Source: Octopus sinensis (Eukaryota). Taken from it: 64,000 bases of DNA. Both the position numbers and the translations under genes were made by a program. Location: assembly GCF_006345805.1 (NCBI RefSeq), contig NC_043005.1:34224001-34288000 (forward strand). Reading direction: 5' to 3'. The notes under the pieces were generated by a model, which was given only the letters and a program-made list of their open reading frames with translations, ran no database searches and was not told the DNA's origin. Below are positions 1 to 12,410 of this stretch, piece after piece. Each line of letters opens with the position of its first letter. Positions within the stretch are counted from its first letter, which is position 1.

Positions 1-1223
1 AACAAATTTATTTTAATATGGGGTAGGACTGCCTTTGGCAGTAATTACAGCTTGAATTCTATGAGGTATGGGCTTGTACAAAGTTTGAATTGTTTCCAAA
101 AGAATTTTTGTCCATTCTTTAGCTAGAACAGTCTCCAATTCTTGTAGTGATGATGATGGAGGATATCGACTCTTTACTTGTTTTTCTATATTGCACCATA
201 AATGTTCAATAATATTGAGATCTGGGGACTGTGGTAGCCAGATAAGATGTTCAACTTCACTAGAATGTTCCTCATGCTATTCAGTAACAACTTAAGCTGT
301 GTGAATTAGTGAATTATCATCCTGAAAGATTGTGTTTCCCTCCGGAAACAGTTCTACAACCATAGGATGAATTTGATCAGATAAAATGCTTAAATAGTCC
401 TAACTATTAATTCTGCCACTGGGCCAGCGGATTTCCAAGATATAGCTCCCCCACCCGGTCATCACAGATCCTCCTCTATGTTTAACAGTTGGAAGAAGGC
501 TGTGTGGGTCAAATGCTTCTTTTGGCTGTCTCCCCACGTATACTCAACTGGTGGTCAGAAATAAGGTAAAGGATGATTTATCCCAGAAAATAACATTCTT
601 CCACTGCTCTAGGGACCAATTCTGTAGGTTCTTACTCCAGTCTAAATGCTTTGCAACGTTTGTTTTTGAAAGTAGTGGTTTTGTGATTGTAGCCCTCCTG
701 TGAAATCCAGCTTTGTGCAGCTACCAGCAAACAGTTTTTGTGAAAACTGGGTTCTCACGCTGGTCATTAAGCTTTGCAGTAATTTTGGGAGCTGTACTTT
801 TGTGATCCTTTCTAACAATTAGCGTAATGGTCTGACGTTTCCTATCTGAAAGTTTTGGTTTTCTTCTGGAGTTTTGTTTCAACGATGAGGTTTTTCCCTC
901 TTTCTCAAAGGCTGTCATTACTTTTGAGACAGTACTTCTTGATACACCAAACATTTCGGCTGTTTTAGTTAAGCTAGTGCCTGCCATATGAGCACCAACA
1001 ATTTGACCTCTTTGAAAGTCCAATAGAACTATCATTTTAAAGAATTTGAATCACCTTTTTCTGATGATATCTGAAAGGAAACAGCAATCTTAACAACACT
1101 TATTAAGCAACACTAATAATAAATCAAAAATATAAAAATAAACAAGCTTTTGACAGTTTTATAGATACTTTAAAATTATGATGCTATGATGCTAGGTGTT
1201 TCTATTATTTTGTTTAACTCCTG
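1..1223 (-). mobile_element. Tc1-family DNA transposon, decayed; downstream TIR lies outside the window
   Basis: Minus-strand HTH ORF 721-1035 (LDFQRGQIVGAHMAG...VSRSTVSKV), then IFQDDNS and HLIWLPQSPDLNIIEHLW (DD34E motifs), stop at 13-15. TIR CAGGAGTTAAACAAAATAATAGAAACACC ends at 1223 next to TA. Confidence 0.9.
13..1035 (-). pseudogene. Tc1 transposase pseudogene
   Basis: Stops and frameshifts between HTH and DDE segments; C-terminus PHRIQAVITAKGSPTPY*. Confidence 0.85.
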
Positions 1224-1469
1224 TATATATACACACACACATATATGGACACATTTACACCCAGGCATGATGATGAGAAGTATAAAAAAACATATTGTAG
1301 ATATTTATATATTAATAGATCAAACTTACACAGAGTACAAACAGAGAAAAATATAGGGTAGGAGATAAGGTGTTACAGGTCCTAAAGAGTTTGTGGAGGG
1401 CTTTCTTGGTGCGTTCAACAGAACGTTGAGATAGACCAGTGGCTATCATCCCTTTAGAGCCCTCCAGAG

Positions 1470-1870
1470 AGGCATGGCTGTATAGTTAAGATGGTTGTTT
1501 TCCAACCATATGGTTTTGAATTCAGTTCCATTGTGGGGCAACTTGAGGAAGTGTCTTCTACTATAGCCCTGGGCCAATTAAAGCCTTGTGCATGGTTTTG
1601 GTAGGTGGAAACTTAAGGAAGCCTGTCATATGTATATATATCTATGTGTGTGTGTCTGTATTCGCCCCCCCCATCACCACTTGACAACTGGTGTTGGTGT
1701 GTTTATGTCCCTAAAACTTAGCAGTTCAGCAAAAGAGACCAATAGAATAAGTACCAGGCTTAAAAAAAAATAAGTACTGGTGTTGATTCATTTGACTGAA
1801 AATTCAAGGCGGTGCCCCAGCATGGCCACAGTCTAATGACTGAAACAGGTAAAAGATAAAAGATAAAAGA
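1470..1870 (+). mobile_element. tRNA-derived SINE family A (probably octopus OK-type), full length
   Basis: A/B-box-like head, core AAGTGTCTTCTACTATAGCC, internal TA/TG tract, tail GGCGGTGCCCCAGCATGGCCACAG...CTGAAAC(AAAGAT)n; recurs many times in the window. Confidence 0.85.
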
Positions 1871-1954
1871 TACATACAAACACCCCCCACCACAAAGACA
1901 CACACACATGTATAAATATGCATGTACATGTGTATGCATGCATATGTGTGTGTT

Positions 1955-2250
1955 TGTTTTCTCCATGTCTTGATACTGTGTGAAAGTTGTAAATGAGCAT
2001 CACTATCATACAAGCAGTGTCCTTAATTTTTAATCTCCTGTAAAAACATGTCAGGCCAGTGAGGGTTGGTGACAAGAAGTGCATCCAACTATAGAAAATC
2101 CACCTCAATGATTTCCCTTCGGCTTATGCAAGCATGGAAAAGTAGACATTGAAATGATAATGATGATGATGATGACAATGATGATGAAGATGAATACGAT
2201 GATAAATATAATAATGAATATGATGATGATGATGATGATGATGATGATGC
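1955..2250 (+). mobile_element. RTE-tailed retroposon remnant with (GAT)n tail
   Basis: GCATCCAACTATAGAAA...GCATGGAAAAGTAGAC followed by (GAT)n resembles the RTE 3' ends at about 47400-47510 and 48720-48890. Confidence 0.6.
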
Positions 2251-2445
2251 TATATTTATAACAACAAAAAAATTTGTGAGTAGTTTCTTAGTTTATTTAA
2301 AGACAGACATAAATGGTCTTTAAATAAATAATCCTAGTTTATATCTTGTTCTGGAAGTCACATAAAGATTGATTTTGTGGTATTAGACTTAAAAGTTTAA
2401 GATGTAAAGAGTTTGTATGTGCATGTGTGTGTGTGTGTGTGTGAA

Positions 2446-3095
2446 TTATTCACTGTACTCATTGCTAACCTTACTGACAGCATCCCTGTACATGGCTTGT
2501 ATAGCTCTCACTAACCATTCATCTATCCCAAGTTTCCACATTGACCACCAGATAAAGGATCGTAAGGCCCAGTCATAGGCTTTCTCTATGTCAGTGAAAG
2601 CTAGGTGCAGAGGTTTATCTTTGGCTAGGTATTTCTCCTGCAGCTGTCTTACCAGAAATATAGCATCAGTGGTGCTTTTCCCCGGCACAAACCCAAACTG
2701 CATCTCATCTCGACTGACTTTCTCCCTACTTAGTTGGGCTATGACCCTCTCCGTGACTTTCATTACCTGATCTAATAACTTGATACCTCAGTAATTATTT
2801 GTATCTAATAATGCATCATCTTTACCTTTGTAGCAGTTGACTATGGTGCTGCTACACCAGTCATTGGGTATGACTCCTTCATGTACCACCTCACTGACTA
2901 TACGGGTGACTAGACTATAGCTGACACCGCCAGATATTTTTAGCATCTCTGCGATGATTCCTGATGGGCCGGGGGCTTTCCCTGTTTTCATATTCTTAAT
3001 TGCTTTATCTACCAATGTACTGTCAATTCAGATAGCTGGTCCTGCTGTTGGGTCAGCATTCAGAAGATTCTATTTCTCCCATTCATTCTCCTCAT
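2446..3095 (-). mobile_element. RTE-clade LINE fragment (RT N-terminal part)
   Basis: ORFs 2788-3015 and 2446-2763: GKAPGPSGIIAEMLK, QFGFVPGKSTTDAIF, DIEKAYD; closely matches the 26-27 kb copy. Confidence 0.93.
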
Positions 3096-3229
3096 ACACA
3101 TTCTCACAATTTTACACACACACAAATACATATAATGGGGATGTATACAAAATTATATGCAGCTTCAAATTCAAATGGATATAAACAGATTTATTAATGT
3201 ATAAGAAGATACAGCTTGGAATTTATCCT

Positions 3230-3608
3230 CATCATTATCATTTAACATCCGTTTCCGTGCTGACATAGGTCGGACAGTTTGACAGTGACAGGCAATCTAG
3301 AAGATGGCACCAGGATTCACTGTCAAGGTGAGAGGATCAGAATATAAATGGGATGGCAGAGATAAACAGTAGAGAGGTGCCAGGGCATACCCTCAAGGTA
3401 TGAGGATTATAATATAAATGGGATGGTAGAGTATTGCCAATAGTGCATGAATAGGGAGTAGGGACTTCACATGAGTGCAAAGAGTGTGGAGGTGGGGAAT
3501 GCAGTGACTGGTGAAATATGGGTGTCTAGAAAAGGTGGGGGGACAACTGTACATCAATGAAACAGTAAGCAGGTCAGTGAAGACAGGATTAGGGAGTTGG
3601 GGAGCAAT
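3230..3608 (-). mobile_element. RTE-type 3' UTR/tail segment
   Basis: Reverse complement of RTE tail (TGTCAAACTGTCCGACC...GGAAACGGATGTTAAATGATAATGATG) plus a body that is pyrimidine-rich on the sense strand. Confidence 0.65.
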
Positions 3609-3609
3609 G

Positions 3610-5187
3610 TAGAGAATGCAGAGAAGGAGAGTCTGCCAAATGTAGACCCAACTGAGGGATCAGCTATCCAAATCAACGGTAGCTTGGTAGATAAAGCAAT
3701 TAAGGATATGAAGGCAGAGAAAGCCTATGGTCGCTTAAATTTTCACTGCTGAGATACTTAAAATATCTGGTGGAGTGGGATATGGCTTAATCACCTATAT
3801 AGCTAATCAGGCTGTCCATGAGGGAGTCATACCCAACGATGAGTGTAGCAGCATTATAATCAGCTGCTACTAAAGCAAAGGTGATGCCTTAGACAGAAAT
3901 AACTACAGAGGCATCAAATTGCTGGACTAAGTGATGAAAGTTACAGAAAGGGTCATAGCTCAATTAATTAGGAAGAAAGTTGGCGTAGATGAGATGCAGT
4001 TTGGATTTGTGCCAGGTAGAAGCACAACTGATGTTATATTCATGGTTAGGCAACTGCAGGAGAAGTATTTAGTCCAAAATAAAACTATGTACTTGGCTTT
4101 TGTTGACATGGAGAAAGCCTTTCACAGGGTCCCCCACTTCCTAACTGGTGGTCAGTGCAGAAGCTAGGGATAGATGAGTGGTTGGTGAGGGCTGCACAAG
4201 TCATGTACAGGAATGCTGCCAGTAAAGTGAAGGTTGGCAACAAGTATAGCAATGAATTCAGTGTACAGGTAAGAGTTCACCAAGGTTCAGTTCTCAGCTC
4301 CCTCTTATTTATTTTAGTTCTCCAGGCCTTAACAGAGGAATTCAAGACTGGCTGCCCTTGGAAGTTTCTCTATGCTGATAACCTTGTTCTTACAGGCGAA
4401 TCACTACCTTACCTAGAGAAGAAATTTCAGGCATGGAAACATGGTCTGGAATCAAAGAGCGTCAGAGTTAATTCAGCAAAAACAAAAGCCTTAGTAAGTA
4501 GGAAAACAAACAAATCTCAAGTCCCTTCAGAGAGACGGTGCTGCTTGATATGTAAAAACTCCTTACTTTGTACCCACTGCTAGCTTTGGACACATAAGAG
4601 GTGTAGCAGTATCACAGAAAGGTTAATAGAGAAAATAGTCTTTGTGTTTGGCAGATGTGTGGGTACAATAAGCACAAATAATGTGCAGACAATAGACTCC
4701 CTCAAATGCTTAGAAGTAGTAGAAAGCTTCTTTTACCTAGGTGACCAAGTTAGCAGTGGAAGAGGTAGTTCTGAAAGTGTAGTTGCTAGAATAAGAATGG
4801 GCTGGGCAAAGTTTAGAGAGGTTCTACTTTTGTTGGTAACTAAGGGCCTCTCCCTCAGAGTGAAAGGCAGATTGCATGATGCCTCTGTATGCACAGCCAT
4901 GGGCTTTGACTCCAGAGGAGTTGTGAGGGCTTGAAAGAAATGAAACTAGTATGGGTAATGAAGCTGGATGGGTAATGTCTGTGTGCATGCATGACAGAGT
5001 GTAAATGATTTAAGAGGAAAACTGAGTACAAGAGCCATCAGATGTATGCAAGAGAGAAGACTGCACTGGTTTGGTCATGTGATGCATATGGATGTGGACA
5101 GCTGTGTAAAGAAGTGCTGAGCTCTAATTGTGGAGGGAATTTGTGGAAGTGGTAAACTCAGGAAGACATGGGATGAAGTGGTGAGAA
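3610..5187 (+). mobile_element. RTE-clade LINE fragment, decayed RT
   Basis: ORFs 3931-4167, 4155-4583, 4644-4934: DMEKAF, HQGSVLS, LYADN, YLGDQV; ends at RKTWDEVVR before a TA/CA tract. Confidence 0.93.
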
Positions 5188-5700
5188 ATATATATATATA
5201 CTTATACACACACACAAACACAAACACACACACACACACACACACGAACAGCGGCCAGTTTCTCTTTTTCTCCCTTTATCTCTTCCTTTCTTACACTGGT
5301 CCCTTAGCTGACCAGTCGCAAATTCTCTATCTCTCTGTTCTACATCCTTCAAGACATTTTCTAAGTGTTACCCACTATTCTCGTCCCCTTGGCCCCAAGG
5401 CCATATTTTGTTTGACTGTTTGTCCTTGTCCACCATTCTAAATCACACTCTGTGTTGTTTTGCTTGGTTTGTTTTGTTTTGTTTGATCTTGTCCATAATT
5501 CTCCACAAGAAAAAAATTTTTTGTGGGCGCCACCAATTGGGAAACACTCAGTCTTATCATTAATGGAGCGAAACAGATCAGTACCAATTGGTCAGTAACC
5601 GAAGAAGAATTATTGACCTTCTGTTTGTCTTCTGTTCGTTTTTACATTCAGTATATGTTACATTGTTTGTTTATACATTTTTAATTTATACATATATATA

Positions 5701-6891
5701 TCAGGTCATCCCATAACTTCTGTCTGATTTTACCTTTTTAAAAATTGAATGAAATTTAATAGTATTTTAGAATGTCTAATGGAATTAAAAATTATTTTTA
5801 CGCATTTGTATATATTTAAACTAATTAAATATTATTTTATACGATAATAGAATTAAAATTTCTTTGATTAAAACCCTTTCTAACATGGAAGTATCCAAAG
5901 AGCATTTGAGGTACATAATGATTTATGAGTACAAAAAAGGAAACTCTGCAGCTGAAGCAACTCAAAACATACACTCAGTTTATGGGAAAGAATGCTTGAA
6001 TGAAAGAACTTGCAGAAGATGGTTTTCAAAATTCAGAAGTGGAGATTTCAGCTTTGAAGATGAAGATCGAACAGGACATCCAGGAAGAAAATCCTGCATT
6101 ATCAGTTGAAGAGTTGGCAATACATACAACTGTTCATCATCATTTGCAACAACTTGAAAAGGTTCCTAAACTTGGAAAATGAATTGTCCGAAAGCAACTA
6201 CAAATCCTGAATTGACATCTGCTCTTCTCTCCATTCTCGCGAACTCATTTTTGGATAGATTTGTGATTGGTGAAAACAAATGGATCTTCTATCGAAATGT
6301 GAAACATCATAAACACTTGCTTGGTAAAAGGGAAAAAGCTCAACCACAACCGAGAAGGGAACTTCATGGAAAAAAGGTTCTTCTCTCTATCTGGTGGGAT
6401 TGCAAAGGAGTAATTCACTTTGAATTGTTACCACCTAAAGCAACAATCAATGCTCAAGTCTACTGTCAGCAATTAGAGCATTTGAACCAAGCTTTGAAGA
6501 AAAAAAGACCTGCTTTAGTGAATTGAAAAGAAGTAATGTTTCTTCAGGACAATGTGCAACCCCACACTGCAAAGATCACATCACAGAAGATCGAAAAGCT
6601 TATTTTCCCGACCTTGTTCCTTCAGACTGCCATTTGTTTCATAGTTTACAGAATCATTTGGGGTACATAACTTTCGAAAGCCAGGAGGAGGTTGATACTA
6701 ACATTTCAGAGTTCTTCACTTTGAAAGCAAAAGAGTTTTACATTGATGCGATTAAAAAGCTTGTAAATAGATGAAAGGAAGTCATAGATAATCAGGGAAA
6801 GTACACTGATGATTAAATTTCAATTAAATATAACATTTGATCACTTGTTTTCTTTATTCGAAATTCGGACAGAACTTATGGGATGGCCTGA
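5701..6891 (+). mobile_element. Mariner (DD34D) transposon, near full length, decayed
   Basis: About 30-bp TIRs (TCAGGTCATCCCATAACTTCTGTCTGATTT / AAATTCGGACAGAACTTATGGGATGGCCTGA) flanked by TA; transposase pieces with the HTH region, KKVLLSIWWDCKGVIHFELLP, FPDLVPSDCHLF. Confidence 0.95.
5885..6816 (+). pseudogene. Mariner transposase pseudogene
   Basis: Four frameshifted ORFs between 5864 and 6774 covering the HTH to C-terminus. Confidence 0.9.
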
Positions 6892-6904
6892 TATATATAC
6901 ATAG

Positions 6905-7070
6905 ACACAGGAGTGGCTGTGTGGTAAGTAGCTTGTTCACCAACCACATAGTTCTGGGTTCAGTCCCACTGTCTGGCACCTTGGGCAAGTGTCTTCTACT
7001 ATAGCCTCGGGCTGACCAAAGCCTTGTGAGTGGATTTGGTAGACGGAAACTGAAAGTAGCCTGGCGTATT
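6905..7070 (+). mobile_element. SINE family A head
   Basis: CAGGAGTGGCTGTGTGGTAAG...GGTTCAGTCCCAC...AAGTGTCTTCTACTATAGCC. Confidence 0.9.
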
Positions 7071-7149
7071 TATATATGTGTATATGTATATGTTTATGTG
7101 TATGTGTGAATAGTATGTTCAGGAGTGTTCTGGTTGTCTTAAAGGACCC

Positions 7150-7392
7150 CATCATCATCCTTATCATCATCATGGTCATTGTCATCATCATCACTACCAC
7201 CACCACCACAATCACCACAACCTCCATTACCATCATCATTGTTGTCATCGTCGTCATCATCATCATCATCATCATCACTGCTGCTGCCACCACCACCACT
7301 ATCACCAACATCGCCTTGTTGTCACCACTGCCACCATCACCACCATCATCCTTGTTGGCATTAGTATTGTTAGCATCATCATCACTATTGCC
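7150..7392. repeat. Degenerate (CAT/CAC)n microsatellite
   Basis: Visible trinucleotide run; explains the low-complexity ORFs here. Confidence 0.9.
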
Positions 7393-8414
7393 TTTATTAC
7401 CTTCATTTCTCCCTTTAAACAGTTCCCACATGTTGCTGCATGTGTAATGCAGTTTATACCTCAGCTGTCCCAATAATAACACTACGTACATGTACAATGG
7501 CAGCAGTGATATTCTGTTTAAAGCAATCAGTCAGTCACTCTACACTCTGTGGAGGACAGTGAAAAAGTTGGTTTAGTATCTATTGATCTACTAATGAGTA
7601 AGTAATAAATATTAAAATACAGTCTTACTTGTTACTCCTTTTTATTGATTTATTTACTTACCACATTGCTCTAATTAGTTTTGGTATTCCTTCAATGAGA
7701 AGGAAAAATTTTCTAGGATAAGAGTCAACAAATGAGATTGTAAGAAGGAATAAAATAAAATTATGGAATAAAAAGCAAATTTCATTAATTTTCAGAGTTG
7801 CAGTGGAACTGTGTGTGCTATTGACCAGGTTGTAGTTATGTAACAAAAATTTTGACACTTGATAAAATAATTTGAATTTAAAAATGAATTTAATAGCTTT
7901 CTGTGTTATTTAAATGGTTCATCCAAGATATAGTTGCTCCAATTTTAACATACAATCTCCAGTCAAGTCATTTGCTACACAAATACAACTCTGAAATATG
8001 TGTGAATGCATGTGTAGTGTGTGTGGTGTATGTGTGCGAATATGTGTGTGTGTGTATGCACCCATATTTTACATTGTCCTCACCCCACCCCAAGCACTTA
8101 ATCATCATCCCATCTCCACCACTATACATTTTCTCATGCTCCATGTATTATGCCTGCCTCTCTCTGCTCCACTCCACTCTTGAATCCTACCCAACCATTT
8201 GTCCTCACTCTCCCTCCCTTCCTCTCTCTCTCTCACCTTCCCTCTGTTTACTGCATCATCATAACTCTTTTACTGCTCTTCATCCCATCATCATTGGTAC
8301 CTCCTGCTTCATACCCATCATTCACTACATCCACACTTCAACCCTACTCACTCTTCCCTACTTTCCTTACTTATCATCCACTCAGCACCTGTTCTTCATA
8401 ATATCCACCTCCTT

Positions 8415-8630
8415 CAGGTGGCGAGCTGGCAGAATCATTAGCACATTGAGCAAAATACTTAGCAATATTTCGTTCATCTTTATGTTCTGAGCTCAAACTT
8501 CACCCAGGTTAACTTTGCCTTTCATCCTTCTGGGGTCGATAAAATAAGTACCGGTTGAGTACTGGAGTCAATGTAATCAACTAGCCCCTCCCCTGAAATT
8601 GTTGGCCTTGTTCCAAAATTTGAAACCAAT
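8415..8630 (+). mobile_element. SINE family B (Nin/Deu-domain, probably OR-type)
   Basis: GGCGAGCTGGCAGAATC head; Nin-like core CTTTGCCTTTCATCCTTCTGGGGTCGATAAAATAAGTACC; TSD-like AATAT(C/T)CACCTCCT on both sides. Confidence 0.85.
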
Positions 8631-8929
8631 ATTCACCTCCTCATCATTTCCCATCTCTCATTATTTCATACACTCTGGCAACCTTCCCTCATTCACTTCT
8701 ACTCACCTTGTTGTATGTTGAGGGTCTGCATAACTGTCGCATCACCATTATTCCTATTTCTTTCCACCTCCACTATGATTACCCCACTTCACCCTCTCTT
8801 CTAAAATGTAAGTAGCCATGTGTTTGCTCTACACCAAGAAAGCTGTTCTGCTCTGGGCCCCTTCTCTCATCTTTAACCTTTAACCCTTCATCTCTTAGCA
8901 TAAAGCCGTATCTCCACAGAGTTATAGTC

Positions 8930-9160
8930 TTCTTACAAGCTGCATGGTAACCTCACTGAGGTTGGTGGCATGAAAAAAAAAAGCACCTGGTACACATTTA
9001 TGTTCCAAAGGTCATCCAGCTGTAGAAGCCATACCAAAGTAGACAATGGATAATGATGCAGTTCTCAGATCTTGTCAAACTCTCTAATTCATACCAGCAT
9101 GGAACAAGAGTGTTAAATGATGATGATGATGATGATGACAATGACGATGATACTGATGAT
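8930..9160 (+). mobile_element. RTE-type 3' tail with (GAT)n
   Basis: CATCCAGCTGTAGAAGCCATACC...CCAGCATGGAAC...TTAAATGATGATG. Confidence 0.7.
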
Positions 9161-9643
9161 ATCTATCCATGCACACACACACACAAATATATATGCATAA
9201 ATACATGTGTGTGTGTGTGTTTGTTAGCTTTTTTTCCTGTTTGTTCCAACTTCATTCAGTTTAATTTTCTTTCATTTCTCCTGCTTAATTTTATAACATT
9301 ATTCTTTGTTTAATCATTTGAAACTAAACCCAACTCATTTCTGATACATTATTTCAACAAACATAAACTTGACTCACTCCTCACAAATAACTTAGTATAA
9401 TACCCTGACTGAGATGGTTTTAAGCCCCACTACTAGAAGTTGGTGGTTGGGGTAGTGAGATATGATATTCTAACTTTGTCTTAGTTGTTCTATTTGTAAT
9501 TTAACTCCAGCTTAATTGTAACCAGCTAGGCTCACTCCATTTTTGACTGCATTATTCAGAATATTCTTTTCTTCTGGTCAGTTGTACTGGAAGGAGATTT
9601 TGTTGCTATTTTTTTGGTATATCTTTGGTTTCTTTTTTTTTGT

Positions 9644-9882
9644 TTAACCCTTTTGTTATCATATTCTTATTAAAATAAATTGCCTATGTTTCAGTTGGGT
9701 TTGAAAATAACAAAGAATTTAGGGAAATAACTTTTGTCATTATTAAGCTGGTGTTTGGAACATAAATGAATATGAAATTTGATGGGAAGTTTTAATTTAG
9801 ACCAATTTAAAACAGGAAGTTTGGATTATAGAACCAGGGGTTCTACGATACAGGCTTCTTGGACAATTTGGTATCAAAAGGA
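9644..9882 (+). mobile_element. piggyBac-like MITE family 1
   Basis: TTAA-CCCTTTTG start and ...ATCAAAAGG end; homologous copies at about 17722-17924 (-) and 55200-55387. Confidence 0.65.
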
Positions 9883-10250
9883 TGGTAGGTTGTGTTGGAG
9901 TGGGATTTTGCTGCTATTTCAAGCAACATAATCGACCACAAAGGGACTCCCTTGTGTTTTCATTGTGATTCTTCTTAATAGCATAATCTTCACCAATGCC
10001 ATTATCTAAGTTTCTTTGATCTTTAGCATTTCTTTGCAACAAAATAAGCCATGGAAGTGAAAAATGGGAAGTAAATGTAAAATACATTTCTAGAAGAGAT
10101 GATGGAGGATTTATTTGACTGATTCATTGAATATAGGAATTTGAATCTCAGAGTCAGACAGGTTGGGTGGGGGAGGGTTGGGAAAGAGAGTATGGGTAAG
10201 AAGTTTTGGGAAGTATATTAGAAAAGTAGCAGCTTGGTAGCTAGCTACAA

Positions 10251-10542
<292 letters not shown>

Positions 10543-11126
10543 CAAAGGAAAGAGGAGAAAGAGAGAGAAAAGAGAAAGAGTCAGCTATGAAGACTTGAGT
10601 TTGTAATAAGACAAATTATACATATTACCTATTACAAAAAGGTTGTGAAATATTTGAGTAAATTTCATAGCAAAGTTTTGTGTAGAAGAATCAGCCCCTT
10701 GGAAAACATGACAAAATCTTCCTGATATAGCTTTTGTTATGCTGACGATGGGGAAGATAGGTAGGAGGTAGGCTTCCAAGAGGGGATCACTTCATATAGT
10801 TATTATATCTAGTAATAAGGTGTTCCATAAGTAGATGAGAGTAGCAAAACAATTCTATGGTTGCTACTGTTGTTGCTGTTGTTCTTGTTGCTGTTGTCAC
10901 TGTTGTTGTTTTACTCTAAGTTGACCCTGGTTAAACAGAACAATACCCAAAAGCATTCTCCTTTTATGGTTTTTCAGGGTCAGCATCATCCAATGCATTC
11001 TTTGTTTTTTAAAAGCAGAATGTAATTTGAAACTGATTTAGCTGTTGTTTCTAGCAGTAATCTTACTGGCTCCCTGCTTTCCAGAGATACATTTTTTTTG
11101 TTTTAGTTTTGTTAAAAGTTATAAGC

Positions 11127-11150
11127 AGAGAGAGAGAGAGAAAGAGAGAA

Positions 11151-11196
<46 letters not shown>

Positions 11197-11300
11197 GGAA
11201 AGTGAGAGAGAGAGAGGAGAGAGAGAGAGACGGACAGACAGACAGAGACAGAGACAGAGAAAGACAGAGACAAAGAGAGAGACAGAGACAGAGACAGATC
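11127..11300. repeat. (GA)n/(GAGACA)n microsatellite
   Basis: Direct observation. Confidence 0.95.
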
Positions 11301-11924
11301 CAATAACTTTCTTGGGAAGTTTCTACAATGAGATAAGCAAAATTACTAAAACATTGAGAACAATGATCCAGAAGTAAATAAATCTTAAAAGACCAAACCA
11401 ATCCTTCATTGCTATTATTTCTTTGTACTTGTTAAGAGAGCTGGAATTTAGAGATATACTGCTAAGGTGTATTAGCCAAGATGATCTCAAGTATTACAGA
11501 CATATGACTTCATGTAGTCTTCCTGTTGTTATTTTTTAAATATTTATTTTTTAATTTTTCTTTTAATTCCTCCTACTATTGCATTCTCTATAAAAACTAC
11601 AAGTGTTATTACAGTGTGATCACCACCACCACCACTATCACATTCCCCCCATCCTCACCACCATTACCATTATGACATTCATCGTGTTATCATATTCCTC
11701 AACAGTCTCACATAAGTGGTTGGAGGTTAGTTTATTAACATTTTTCATTTAAGTTTCTTCCCATGTTAATTTTGTTTTCCCCTTAATAAATGCTATCCTA
11801 CTACAATAAATTGTCAATAATAATATTCAGCTAAAAATATGGTTATAATATGGCCATTCAGTAATATAGAATAGAAGTAATTTCTTTTGTCCTATGCCCA
11901 ATCCCAAAATTTCAATACATAAGG

Positions 11925-12112
11925 ACAGGTATGACTGTGTGGCTAAGAATATCACTTCTCAACTACTTGGTTTCCGGTTCAGTCCTACCATGGAAAAGTG
12001 CCCTATCATGGGCAAGTCCTACCATGGGCAAGTGTCTCCTCCGTAACCTTGGGTTGACCAAAGTGTAGTGAGAAAATTTGGGAAATGGAAAGCAAAAGAA
12101 GCCTGTCTTGTA
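11925..12112 (+). mobile_element. SINE family A head, decayed
   Basis: CAGGTATGACTGTGTGGCTAAG...GGGCAAGTGTCT..., with a small internal duplication. Confidence 0.75.
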
Positions 12113-12145
12113 TGTATATATGTATGTATGTGTGAGTGTTTGTGA

Positions 12146-12410
12146 AGGTGAGTGGCTTAGTGGTTAGAGCTATTCAGCTCACAATCAAAAGGCTGTGAGT
12201 TCAATAAGCAAGACACTTTATTTCATGTTGCTCCAATCCACTCAGCTGACAAAAATGACAAATCATATTCTGTATCATACTGAAAACTACATTAAAGGTA
12301 TGTGTGCCTGTGGAGTGCTCAGCCACATGCATGTTAATTTCATAAGCAGGATGTTCCACTGATCAGATCAACTGGAACCTTTGTCGTCGTAACTGACAGA
12401 GTGCCAGATG
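12146..12410 (+). mobile_element. SINE family C (V/Meta-like central domain), decayed
   Basis: GTGGCTTAGTGGTTAG head; AGCAAGACACTTTATTTCATGTTGCTCC..CACTCAGC core shared with the 20210-20545 copy. Confidence 0.7.

Noticed and set aside
1395-1466. GGAGGGCT/AGCCCTCC stem as a possible hammerhead stem II
   Set aside because: No core motifs remain; truncated by the SINE.
1470-1545. tRNA-like sequences at SINE heads
   Set aside because: No complete cloverleaf; they continue into SINE bodies.
6937-7497. 186-aa ORF and overlapping ORFs with poly-M/V/T/I
   Set aside because: Translation of a trinucleotide microsatellite plus SINE.
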